In this document: piece after piece, positions 51,172 to 62,760 of the stretch | Layout: each line of letters opens with the position of its first letter | Position numbering within the stretch: position 1 is the first letter of the stretch | Notes under the pieces: generated by a model | Database searches by the model: none | What the model was told of the DNA's origin: nothing | The model's input: only the letters and a program-made list of their open reading frames with translations | Assembly (NCBI GenBank): GCA_002633005.1 | Contig: NMRA01000427.1 | Span: 62,001 to 126,000 of the forward strand | Length of the DNA: 64,000 bases | From: Phoronis australis | Lineage: Eukaryota; Animalia; Phoronida | Reading direction: 5' to 3' | Position numbers and translations under genes: made by a program

Positions 51172-54100
51172 CTTAACCAAACGCCTCTACGCCTACAGGC
51201 TTATATGCCGATCAAAGCAATTCGACGTATTTGTTCTCGACGTATCTAGATCACTTCAAAGAAAGAGCATTGTCTGTAAAAATAAGGAATGCGTGTTTTT
51301 TAATTACGTTTGAAATAATACAAAAGTTGATAAAACATGGGCATAGCTACACGTGGAAATAAAGGAACACATTTTAAGCTAATGAGAAGATCCCTTTCAC
51401 GTAACAGTGTCCAGCTAATCTTTCGTTTTACTTTGAAAAACCAATGTTGCGGCAAAAGTAAGTTTAATCTGTTTCAATTCAAGTTTACGAAAACGAAAAA
51501 ATGACAAAACCACTAACCAATTAAAATGCTTCGGTTAAAAGGAAAACAAAACTGGTTGATACCTAGGAATATAATAGTAACAAGAACAACCGTTTCAGGC
51601 TTTCTAAAATAAAATAATAGTCTATTGCAAATAGGAATTCAATATTAACAAGACCTCTCCTGTCAAGCTCTCTAAAACAAAACAATGTTCTGCAGCGATC
51701 GACAGAATTCAAAAGTTAGGACCAATTTTTTAAAACTACTTAGGAAGTCTGAAAAGCGTGACCTCCTTGTTAGGCGATTTACACGACCAATGCAGGTAAG
51801 GACCACCCACCAAGAATCACAATATCCATTATGTGTCGGTGTGAGTATATGTTTTTAGTTTCATAATAATGCATTTATCACTCATCTGAGACGCTAATGG
51901 TGCATTAGCTGGGGACAGTATGAGGACGGGCTGAAATCACCAAAACAAAGTCAGTCGTTATTTTGAGATAGCTTCCCATATTTAAAAGCGACGTTTGAGT
52001 GATAAACGGCGGTTAATACTTAAAACATTCGTTTATACAAAGTCCGAATTGGTACATCGACTCAAAGCATTAATGTCACTACTACCTTAACGCTTTACTA
52101 CATGCCGAGAATCAATGGTGCAAAATGCATTAGATGTTGATATTTTGACAATAGTGTCATATTCATTTCTATCTCAAAACCGAGCTTCAATTTGAAATTG
52201 CAACAATCACTAGTCAGTGTTTCAAACGTGTAAATACATAGCAAGCAATTAAAAAATAAAATTGTGCCGAAACATAATTAGACAAATAATCACACAGCAA
52301 TTTAGACGGAAACTCGAGTGAACATACCTTCTTGTTTTAGCCGCACTTAAGTTTTGCAAACTGTCAGCCAAGTAAGAACGATTCTGTTATTGTTGTTTAC
52401 TTCGACATGTCAACAGTTCTTTATCTGACAGCTCTTAGCCACGATGTGCATATTTATACGACGCCCTTCGCAATATAATCGATTTGTTGGTGCGAACTTG
52501 GTTGGCGCTGTGCAGTCATTTGCTGAGGAAGACCCACCTAGCGGTAATTTTGCAAAGGTCGACGATGACGTCATGTTATCGAACATAATTAGTTCAAGTC
52601 GTGTTTGTTGTCATTTTACCAGACCTTAATCAAGGATATGAAACATAGCGCAGGGATTACTGTACTATTTGCCGTTTATACATTGGACTAGTTAATATTG
52701 ATTAGTAGGACATAGGAGGCGTTCAAGATGCTTTACCATGATCTCCGCCATTAACGGCGGAGGTGTTTGTTGCATGCACGTGAACAGGCAACAATAAAAT
52801 AACAAAAGCACGGTGTCATAAACATCGCGGAATTAACGAATTTCTAAAAGCTAATTAACTTGCAACGAATTAAAACAGAGATGGCGCAGTAAACACAATA
52901 CACTATCTGGCTCTTGGCTCTTGGCCAAATGGAAACCATCAATTATTGTCATCGCCATTGCAATAAAACCATCGGGATTTATTGACGTCGCTGTTAAATA
53001 GAAGTGAAAGATCTAAAATTAACACTTAAAGTTACATCTCGCTCTGATTAGTTGGATAAAAACGTAAATCGCACAAGGACATTTACAATCATAAATCGGC
53101 AACATAACACTCCTTACCGTGATAAGATTGTTCCTAACCTAAAAGAGCAGTTGCACAAGAAAACTTTTTTCCATTACAGAAGCTTAAACAGAAAATCAAA
53201 AGACTGACAAATAAAAAAATTCATGTTCATTCAAGCTTTCATCTATTCATAAGACATCTTCAGGATAATTTATACAATAAGACAGCAAGTGTCCAATACC
53301 ACTCAAGCACGTTAGCATGTGTTAAGATTCTTGAACAGGCTCAACAAATGCAAAATTTTCCACACACAGCGACCGGAGATTTTAAGCGCTTGTTTTAACT
53401 ACAAACTAGTCACGTAATGCTGCACGTGTACAAAACCAACGGTGTTATAGAGATGTGTTTTTGTAAACTCAAAAACAAAACAGTGATTGTTCACGTTCCC
53501 TTAATTCACCAATAACCCAGAAACACGTAAAGTAGAGGCAAATGAATAGTTTGAATGCAAAGATGACCTTAATACATGTACATCAAAATATGCCGTTTGA
53601 AATTAGTCACTCATAATATCTATGTCTAATCTTTTTACTCGAAATCATTTTAATCATTTTCCATTCTACTTTTGTAAAATATATTTAACAACGCAAAATT
53701 ATAATACTTCAAGTAAAATAATCTGTTGTTTGATAGGCAATGTTTAGACGTTTCAGAAATCTGTCAATGTTGTAAAGCTGAGAGAGCGACTGCTTTAAAG
53801 GGTTTGACAAACTATGCTGAGCTTCCTTAAAGGTAAGGAAACCGTTTTTATTGCATTGTTGTTAAATTTACGATTTCTATCTATCTTTTATTTTTCCTAG
53901 TTAATTAAATTCAACAGGGTTCTAGTTAATTATGCAAGAAATGACGTTTTCGACATATACTACCCTAGGCCATGTTTGCATGTTCATGTACTTGTATGCA
54001 TTTCAAATGGACTGTGTTTGAAATCGGCCAAGTCATTGTGGACGTCAGCTGATAACTATTAAACTGTTCTTTCCCTTTCGCTGATGTGTAATTCTTATGC

Positions 54101-54699
54101 CTGATAGTTGTTGCGAACCCAGTTGCAAGGTTTCTGAGCCACGACGAGTATAAAGGCGGTTCGACGACTTCCAGTAGATGGCTCGTTCGTCTCAGTAATT
54201 AAACGTTATCTGTTCACGCCACGGCTAAAGAGGTGGGCAGATATTGTGGGTGTGGCAAGCAATTCCTACCGTCAGATTAAGAAAAGGGCATGTGACCTAA
54301 GACCATGAAGGTTTCTGCGAAACATGTCCTAAAGAAGGGTTGCATGCCCTTGNGCATCGAAATGAGTCCTGGGTCACTTCCAGCAATCTGAGGCCTGTCC
54401 GACACTAGAGTGCGCGCTCTCCTAACGAGAGAGCGAGGGCCCTTTTAAATGAGAGCTCCCTATATCGAACGACACCGTGCTCTCGCTTCACAAAAAAGAA
54501 ATAATCCTATAATCAATGTAATTAAAATTACGTCAAATTATTTTCCCTGTACCAAATTTACGACATATACCTCCAACAATCTTGCCGTGCATATTTCGAG
54601 TACTTTCAACGTATACAGCTCACAAGAGAAGCATTGCTCAAGGTACTTGCCTTGGCAATTGCCACGACACGCTGAACGCATATTGGATTTCTAAGTTAG

Positions 54700-56095
54700 C
54701 GACGTTGCGTCCATTTCTCATGACGTCAACTTGGCTAGTGATGTTATTATTGTTCTGGCTAATAGGAGGCGTTTTAGCGTGACGACGCTGCATCGAGGTC
54801 AGAAAACTATCCCATATAAGTGTAAGAGATGAAGACGTAATCCACCTCGTTTATGCAGTGAGGTCCGTCCATGCGTCCATGGAGAGCTTCTTCGACAAAA
54901 CCTTCTGAACCATTTCCCCTCACAGTCTAGGATATTGATGTCATCAGTAACAAAATCACGTCCAGCGGCGCGAAGGTGGGTAAAAATACATGTAGCCAAG
55001 TCATACTTGTCCCTGTATCTGAAGCGACCCTTACAAAAATGAATTTAAGTTTTTCGCTGAAAACTTAAGTTTTTGGCGAAAAAACTTAAGTTTTTGGAAA
55101 ATAACTTAAGTTTTAGAGGAAAAATTTAAGTTCTTCCGAAAAACTTAAGTTTTTGAAAGAAACTTAAGTTTTTAAAACTTAAGTTGTTCGCCAAAAACTT
55201 AAGTTTTTCAGCACAATGTTAAGTTTTTCAGAAAACTTAAGTTTTTTCAGGTATAAAACTTAAGTTTTCACAAATAAAATTAAATTTCAAGTAATAACTT
55301 AACTTTTCATGAAAACTTAAGTTTTTTGAACTAACAAAACTTAAGTTTTTCTGATAACTTAAGTTTATCACAAAACTTAAGTTTTTGTAATTTTAAAAAC
55401 TTAAGTTTTCCTGACTTCTTAAGTTTTTCAGAAAACTGGATTTTTTCATATGTGGAAAAGTTGAATTTTCTAAAAACTTTAAGGTTTCTATGTGATGAAA
55501 ATTTACGTTTTCAAGTTTTTAAAATTTGAATATAGTGAGATATTTTTTAATTTTTGGTTCGAAATTTTTCACATTATTTTCCAACAAAAAATAATTATTT
55601 GCTCATGCAAAACCCATTATCTCATAAAAATGTTGCCGAATGTTTCCTTAACAAACCATAAAAGGACGACCGTTTAACCAGAACTGATTTAGTGCAATTA
55701 CGTAATCATTATCGCACGTCTTTGTGAATTTAAATGTAGACGAACATCCGGTGACCAACAGCAGTAAGAATGCACCCAATGTTAATCCCCTGAGACACTG
55801 ACCTGGTCAGTACAATGTAATCAATAGAAATCATGCAATTCTTAAAAAACATAGTTATTGTGCAAATTTCCTTTGTGTTGAGTTGTATTCGTAAGGCAGT
55901 TTCCACCGGATGTTCTGACTTACGCATTTTATGGACATTTTCGTTTCACCATTATAGGTGTCTGAGCAGTGGGGTTCCTTACACTGAAAACCATACACTA
56001 AACTTGATTTATTACCCTTCGGAGTCTTGGGCTTGACATTAGCCAGAGAGAATTAAACAGTTTCACGGTGGATAAATTAAATGTCAAACTGCGAG
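54700..56095 (-). mobile_element. Penelope-like element 3' fragment (GIY-YIG endonuclease and 3' UTR), interrupted by an insertion at about 55028-55906
   Basis: IFTHLRAAGRDFVTDDINILDCEGKWFRR...LHKRGGLRLHL..LY matches the Penelope GIY-YIG C-terminal part; 55907-56095 is the inverted homologue of 56160-56350. Confidence 0.8.
55028..55490. repeat. Array of palindromic AAAACTTAAGTTTT units (~20-bp period)
   Basis: About 20 copies of AAACTTAAGTTT and close variants. Confidence 0.92.
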
Positions 56096-56099
56096 TCCC

Positions 56100-56660
56100 C
56101 GTAAGTGTGTTGAATTTCTACGTTCGGAGTGTGTCTGACCTCTTCAAGAGGACATTTGAAACAGTTTGACATGTTTATCATCCACAAACCGTTTAATTCT
56201 TTATGCAACCAACTGGTTAATGTGAAGCAGGGCAAGATTCTCAGGGTAATAAATCATGTGTAGTGTTTGGTGTTCAGTGTAAGGAGCCCGCTGCTCAGGC
56301 GGCTATATTGGTAAAACGAAAGAGTCCATAAAATGCGTATGTCACAACTTATTCGCCGCCTAGTTACGGGGACTGACACGTATGACTCGGCTATTTTCAA
56401 CCACCCACTGCAGGAGCCACTGGACATGATTTCGATATGATTATCACTATCCTAGGCTGCGAGGGAGAATGGTTCAAAAGGGTTGTCAATGAAACTCTGC
56501 TTGAACGCATGGAATGAACGAGGTAGATTTGTCACACTTATGGGATCGTGTCCTGACCTCCGTCCATGCCACGTCGTCTGGCTAAAACGCCACCTATTAG
56601 CCAGAACAATAATAACATCAATAGCCAATTAGCTGAAGTCTGTGAGAGACGGCGCCAATT
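56100..56660 (+). mobile_element. Penelope-like element 3' fragment (GIY-YIG), inverted relative to 54700-56095
   Basis: YVRSVSDLFKRTF, HKPFNSLCNQLV, VVFGVQCKE, YIGKTK, DSAIFNH, TGHDFD, ITILGCEGEWFKRV in shifting frames; shared 3' block CCTATTAGCCAGAACAATAATAACATCA. Confidence 0.82.
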
Positions 56661-57704
56661 TCATTTAAGCAAATTCCATTATTTGACTGCAACGAGAGGG
56701 ATTTCGAGAACTTGTCTACTAAATTTGTTGTGAAACGAACGATCGAGGACGTTCGTGAGCGCACACCTTATGTGTGACTTTTCATATTGGCGTGTCTCAA
56801 GAGTAATGAGAGCAGGAAAGTGGCATTCCATTGATCCCAACTCAGAATTGGTCGACACAAATTGAACTACTGCATAGTGGCTGATTAAATTAAAACCATT
56901 GGAGCAAATTCCGCTGTCAGACCCATTATTGTATTGGTTGAATTTCACTAGACATTTTTCAACAATTTGGTTGGAATCGAAGTTCCCCCGCTTCAGCAGC
57001 CGCAGACTCTGGATGTTACGGATGTTCGCAGTGGGGCTGTATGGAACCTTTTCAATCTGCTGAAATTTCAAAAGGTTTGACCTTTTCGAAATACAATATT
57101 TGTCGGCACTAGAATAGCAGAAATGACGTAAACACGCTATTTTACCAGCAGATTGAAACCGCCCGTTAGTATATAAACTACAAGCAATCTGTAGGTGGCA
57201 CTGAACGTCTGTCCACCAAAGACCCGATCGCCGTCTGGCGGGTTAGTGAATTTCAATATGGCGCGACTATTTCAAAAGTCAGCTATTCGACACGTTTCTA
57301 CTGTCCAGAAAGATAGCTCCTAGGGAGATTCTATTTACTAATTATATGTCTGCTGATTCTGTAACTACAACAGAACTGTAATTTTACATTTAAATTAACT
57401 CAAGTGACTCTCACTAACCTGTGCCTGGGTTTATGAAATGTTCGTCTTCGGGAACCCACCTAATCTTTCTCCAAACACACCTGTACGCTAGGCTGTAATT
57501 TTTTTCCAGACTACGTTTCTGACAACCAACATACAGCAATGTAGGACTAATATGGTCGCTTCTATTGTATTGTCAACAAATGATTTCATCACTGGCATGA
57601 CTTCATAGGAATCCCATGGAAAACTAGATCGCAAGCTGGTCACTCAGAGATCGGTAGATTGGTGCATACATTTTACACTTGTTATAATAAAGGCATTTAT
57701 AGTA

Positions 57705-57820
57705 TCTGTAACCGGCTGATGTGCGCCCAAGGTAGGATATCCATGAGACCTACATGTGCATATACATGTATATTGTTATATCCATCAAATATGCAAAAAT
57801 GCAAATAATGGTAGCGTCTA
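57705..57820 (+). repeat. Dispersed repeat, homologous to 62660-62760
   Basis: Shared GTAACCGGCTGATGTGCGCCCAAG...GTTATATCCA...AATGGTAGCGTCT. Confidence 0.8.
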
Positions 57821-59699
57821 TTGGTAGTAAACATGCAACGAGCTAAGGCCGTTTGCATGGACGTTGCAAGTTATACAATGCCTTGTGAACTCCATACGAC
57901 GTCATTCGGCACGAGATGTCAATTAAGTGCTGTCCGCTAGTAAACAAGCAGAACAGCAAAACAAATCCACTAGAACTAAAACCAAGGTCACTCTATCCCT
58001 GGCACAGTCTCTGTCATTTATTGAATGACTCATTTTTCGAGGACTCCAAAAATGTCATTTAAATGCTAATGGTCTTGCTCAATTTGAAATCGGCTGAGAG
58101 CGCATGAGTACTTGTTCAACCACCGCCTTTCTACGACTTCACCACGCTTTTGATCTAACCAGCGGTGTGGGACTAATTTTGTCGCCAAGAAAATGAGAGT
58201 GAAGGATATTTTCACCGACCGAGTGAAATCAACAAGAAAATGAAAGCGCACGGAGGAGCGACATTTGGCGAAAAGACGACGGGTTTTTGTCATTGGCTGA
58301 CTGCTATATAGGCAATCCCTGGCGAACTCTAATTCGACGTTGTCCACTTCATTGTTAGTGAGCAAACGTCTTATTGCATGATATAATGCCTACTTAAATT
58401 TGTAGCAAAAAATGCATTCTTGTAATTTAATGAATCATTCAACACTAAATACCATCAATCACTAACGCTTACCCCAACCCCTATGAGAGCCTAAGCAGAC
58501 TGTGACTAGCCCTTCGTAATCGAATCACAAAGAAATGCTCGTGGCTTATTCGCGACCCTGAAGAAGATCTTTCCCTAATTTCTGTTACAATGCATAGATA
58601 TTAAACATTCAGCGGCTACTATTTATTTTTCAATTTCAAATACAGTCGTGATGGTCGTGCGTCTTACTTATTGTTGAAACTTGTACGCTAAACAGGAGTT
58701 CGTTTTACGACGGCAATTATCTCATCCAGCACGTTCAGCCAAGCCCATATATATAGCGGCTCGCCTCAATCCGTGACGGCGCCATCAAGCTTTTGATGTG
58801 CCGAGGACTTCGTTGGATACCCTGGGCAATGAGCTTGCTCTAGGGTAAATAGCGCACGCTTTCTAGTCCACTTGCGTAAAAATCCTGCAAGCGCAATAGT
58901 TGCCTAATGAGCCAATAAAGTGAACCCCTACAGGGGATGCACGTGCTCTCTCAAGCAATAAATTTGTATAGTTTATGAGCGTGAGAACTTTTAGGTTGTG
59001 GGGGGGCTGGTTCCCAACGTAACGCTCTTCCGGAAACACACCGGCAGTGTCCTCCGTCTTTGTATACGAAGAGAATGGGCTGGGGAGCTTGTCGGACCTC
59101 CTATGTGAGTTTTGTAGTGCAGGTACCACTGTCGTAAAGTATAAAGTGTCCACACATCAATGATTACAGAGTACAAATGAATTAACTAATTTTATTCATT
59201 CAGACCTTCACTGAAACAAGAATATCAGCAGCAAACATAAGTTATACTTCTGGCATGAATAACCATTCTTAAACTGTGTGGACGATCGACATTCCAGTGC
59301 CAAAACGATGCTTGAACCACACAATGCGGATATCATCTGACCAGTTAATCAGCTGGAATTGTGTTGACATACATGTACATGTAACTGGTTACACTTGCAG
59401 GGATATTTGAGGGTCCGACCATGGTAAAGACTGCAATCAATGCATGTCTATTGTCATGCAGGGACGAATGTAGAGACCGCCTACAAGACTGGCTCGTCGT
59501 GGTGTGTTGCAAATACATGTAACTAGAATTTGTCTCCACCAATCACGGCAGGTCATTTACAATAACAAAAACCAACATAGAATTAGTACTGAACTTCTCA
59601 TTAAAATTTGCAACTGATATGAAATAACAGCAACACGGAGCGTTTAAATGTGCTCACGAATGCATTGCAAATGGTGTGCTTTTAGGGTTACTTATTTGT

Positions 59700-61045
59700 A
59701 TCATAAAAATAGGCACTAGATGGTGCAAAACATTCAATCCATGCAAAAACAGGAATATGCCATATTTCATAAAAATCTGTCAAGGAACTTCAGAGAAACA
59801 AAGGAAAACAGAATAAAATGAAATTGCCACTATTGGGCACAATGTCCGTTGGGTCCGCCTATGAAGATACTGAGTTAAACGTAAAAAACTAAAATTGTCA
59901 CTAGGGGGCACAACAGTAATCAGATCTGTCCGAAAGTCGTCGTCATCTGTAGTCAACATCACATAAATACACTTCCTAAATTAAGTAAAGATCCTGCGAA
60001 CGGTTTAGGAGATACAGCCATAGACACAACAAAACAAAACTGCCACTAGGAGGCTCCACAGTAGTCGAAATCGTCGGAAACGCATCGTCAACCGTCCTCT
60101 TTATAGTAAGCACATACATGACAATTTTCACAATCATCCTTTGAGCGGTTTGGTTGATAGAGGGGTGGACGCAAAAAACAGACCCGAAAACAGTAAAAAT
60201 GACCACTAGGTGGCGCAAGCTAGGTTGAATCCATTCGAAAATGGAAGGATAGCGCCATCTCACTCATACGTGCCTACATATTAAATTTCATGAAAATCCA
60301 TTGACTTTTGAAGACACAAAGAAAAACTTGAAAAACATTGCCACTAGGGGCACACCGGTAGACGGATCCGTCAAAAAGTCGTCGTCTTCCGTTGTTAAAA
60401 TCACATAAATACACTTAGTAAATTTCGCAAAGATCCTGTGAACAGTTTAGGAGATACAGCCATAGGCGCAAAAAACTGCCATTAGGAGGCGCTGTAGTCG
60501 TCGAAATCGTCGGAATATCACCGTCAATCGTCCTCTTTATAGTAAGCACATACATGCGCATTTTCACAACCATCCTTCGAGCGGTTTAGTTGATAGAGGG
60601 GTGGACGCAAAAAAACAGACTCGAAAAGAGTAAAAATGGCAACTAGGTGGCGTAAACTACGTCGAATCCATCCGAAAACGTAAGGATAGCGTCATCTAAC
60701 TAATAGATACCTACATACCAAATTTCATGAAAATCCGTTCCGCACTTTTGAAGATACAAAAGTAAGCGTAAAAAACTAAAAAATGCCACTAGGGGGCACA
60801 CGGTAGTTGGATCCGCCCGAAAGTTCGTTCATGGCGTCCCATATATGAATGGAACATATGTGCCAAATTTCATGAACGTATGTCAAAGGGTTTTGGAGAT
60901 AGAGCCGCGGACGCCGGACGGACGCACCCCGGACGGACGAACGGACGGACGGACGGACGGACGGACGGACAGACGGACGGACGGACGGGCGGACGGAGAT
61001 GACGGCATAATGCGTCCACATATAAATGTGTGGGCGCATAAAAAT
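59700..61045 (+). mobile_element. Helentron-associated/DINE-1-like non-autonomous element: internal tandem array, (GGAC)n tract, terminal hairpin
   Basis: ~140-160 bp monomers each starting CCACTAG.(G/T/A)GGC-like; (GGAC)n at about 60915-60997; hairpin ATGCGTCCACATAT-AA-ATGTGTGGGCGCAT at 61010-61039 followed by an A run. Left boundary uncertain. Confidence 0.72.
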
Positions 61046-62659
61046 GAATATACGTGTACTTCTCGTCATCATGCAGCTGAATTTGTAGAACGATCGTTTG
61101 CTCAAAACTTAGCTTTGAGCAGACTTGATTTTCAATAAAGTCCTCCTATCGCACGATAATTGTAACCTATCTCCGTCTCAGCAACTGTCTTGAAGGAAAG
61201 ATTTCGAAGCTGCTGGAACCTCGCAAAATCGAGAATGCGGTGTATTTAAACAGCACGAAGCGTTGTGTGGATAAAACATCTTTCCCAACCAAATATTCGG
61301 AATACCCACAAGACTGATGTCCAACTGGTGAAGGAGACTGTCAGGTAAATTTGATGTTCTGCTTCAAAACTGTCTCCAGTTGTCTAAACGTTGATTTTCA
61401 AATGATATTCAACTTTCGTGGATTCTTGTTTTCAAAAATGTCTTCAAATATCGCTGCACTTGTTTAAAATCACAGCTCTATCTTTATTTCTACAAATAAT
61501 TTATTTATTAACACATTATTTGACGTCAGAAATAAAAATGCTCGAATTAAGTACAAGACTTTATCTGCCATTTTCGACGATTTTTGCAGCATCGAGTTGT
61601 TCTTAAGCGCGTAAGCCGACCGTAATGCATTTCTGCACACTAATTTCATATTCTATGCCGGAGGAATGTTGTCTCGGTGATGTTTTGATTTCCCTTGGAA
61701 CAATCGAGGTATCAGCGTTAACAATAATGGCCCTGAGCGATGTTTTGAAAAGGGGAGGCTATTATGCTGCGTGAGTTCTAGGCCCAGTTCCTCACATTGA
61801 AAATAGGAATAGATAGTAATAACAATAAGACGCCCACGGTTTATCTTTCAGAAGTTCGTGTTAAAGACAAGAAATGGCAATATCCATGGTTACGTTTAGT
61901 GGTTATCAATGATTGTGCGACGGTTTTTTTTTAAACATGAGTTTAAATTTCTCATTGAGGGAGGATTCAGAAACTTGGTTGAAAACGGACAGTTTTGATA
62001 AATCCTTGATGAAGTGCAGCGTGATTAAACGAGGGCTGTCCATATTACCTTAACTCCCAAAATTTGGAACAGTGCCATCACATCGCCACCTAGTGTCCAA
62101 TAGCTTCCGAAGACAGCTGTTGCGAGTAGCCGAAACTGTCAAGGTACAGCGTTTTTGCTTGGTTGTGTCAATAAGAATTAATCTATGCTGTCGGAAATCG
62201 TTTTTAAAATGTTGCACTAATGCAAGAGGAGCTATCAAAAATTGAACTTTCAGTCGCTTTTAGGGAAAATGTTATACGAAAGGACAACACAATGTTAATT
62301 CAAAAAATTGTAACAGCGTTGTTGATATTTCATATTCCATAATATTAATACCAATTCCTGCTTTTTATCTTTGAAACGGAGTGGATATATTTCTTCTATC
62401 GTCTGTCTAAACTTTTAAAATCATAGTGTGCGTGTTTCCCTCCGCTAAAGAATTCAGTTCAAGTCAATGGCAGACATCAGTGACTGCTCGTCCACGATGT
62501 ACATAGGCTTAATTTGTTGCAAATATTGATGAGTATACTTTTCAAGGTAATATATACCACTCAAGGGAAACAAGGTCGCAAGTTCGTCTTATAGATATCG
62601 GAAGATATGCGTATACATTGTTCGCTTTGTTTTTTCTTTCTTATAATAAAGATAATAGT

Positions 62660-62760
62660 AAGCATTTATCGGTAACCGGCTGATGTGCGCCCAAGATATC
62701 CGTGCAACCTGTATCGTTATATCCAACAAAGACTCAATAAAGCAAAACAATGGTAGCGTC
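62660..62760 (+). repeat. Dispersed repeat, homologous to 57705-57820
   Basis: Same conserved blocks as 57705-57820. Confidence 0.8.

Noticed and set aside
55028-55490. CRISPR-like array
   Set aside because: Period is about 20 bp with very short non-unique spacers, eukaryotic context, no cas genes.
56679-57071. 130-aa minus-strand ORF
   Set aside because: Non-ATG start, no recognisable domain or splice context.
60776-61138. ORFs with VRPS / DGRT repeats
   Set aside because: Translations of the (GGAC)n microsatellite.
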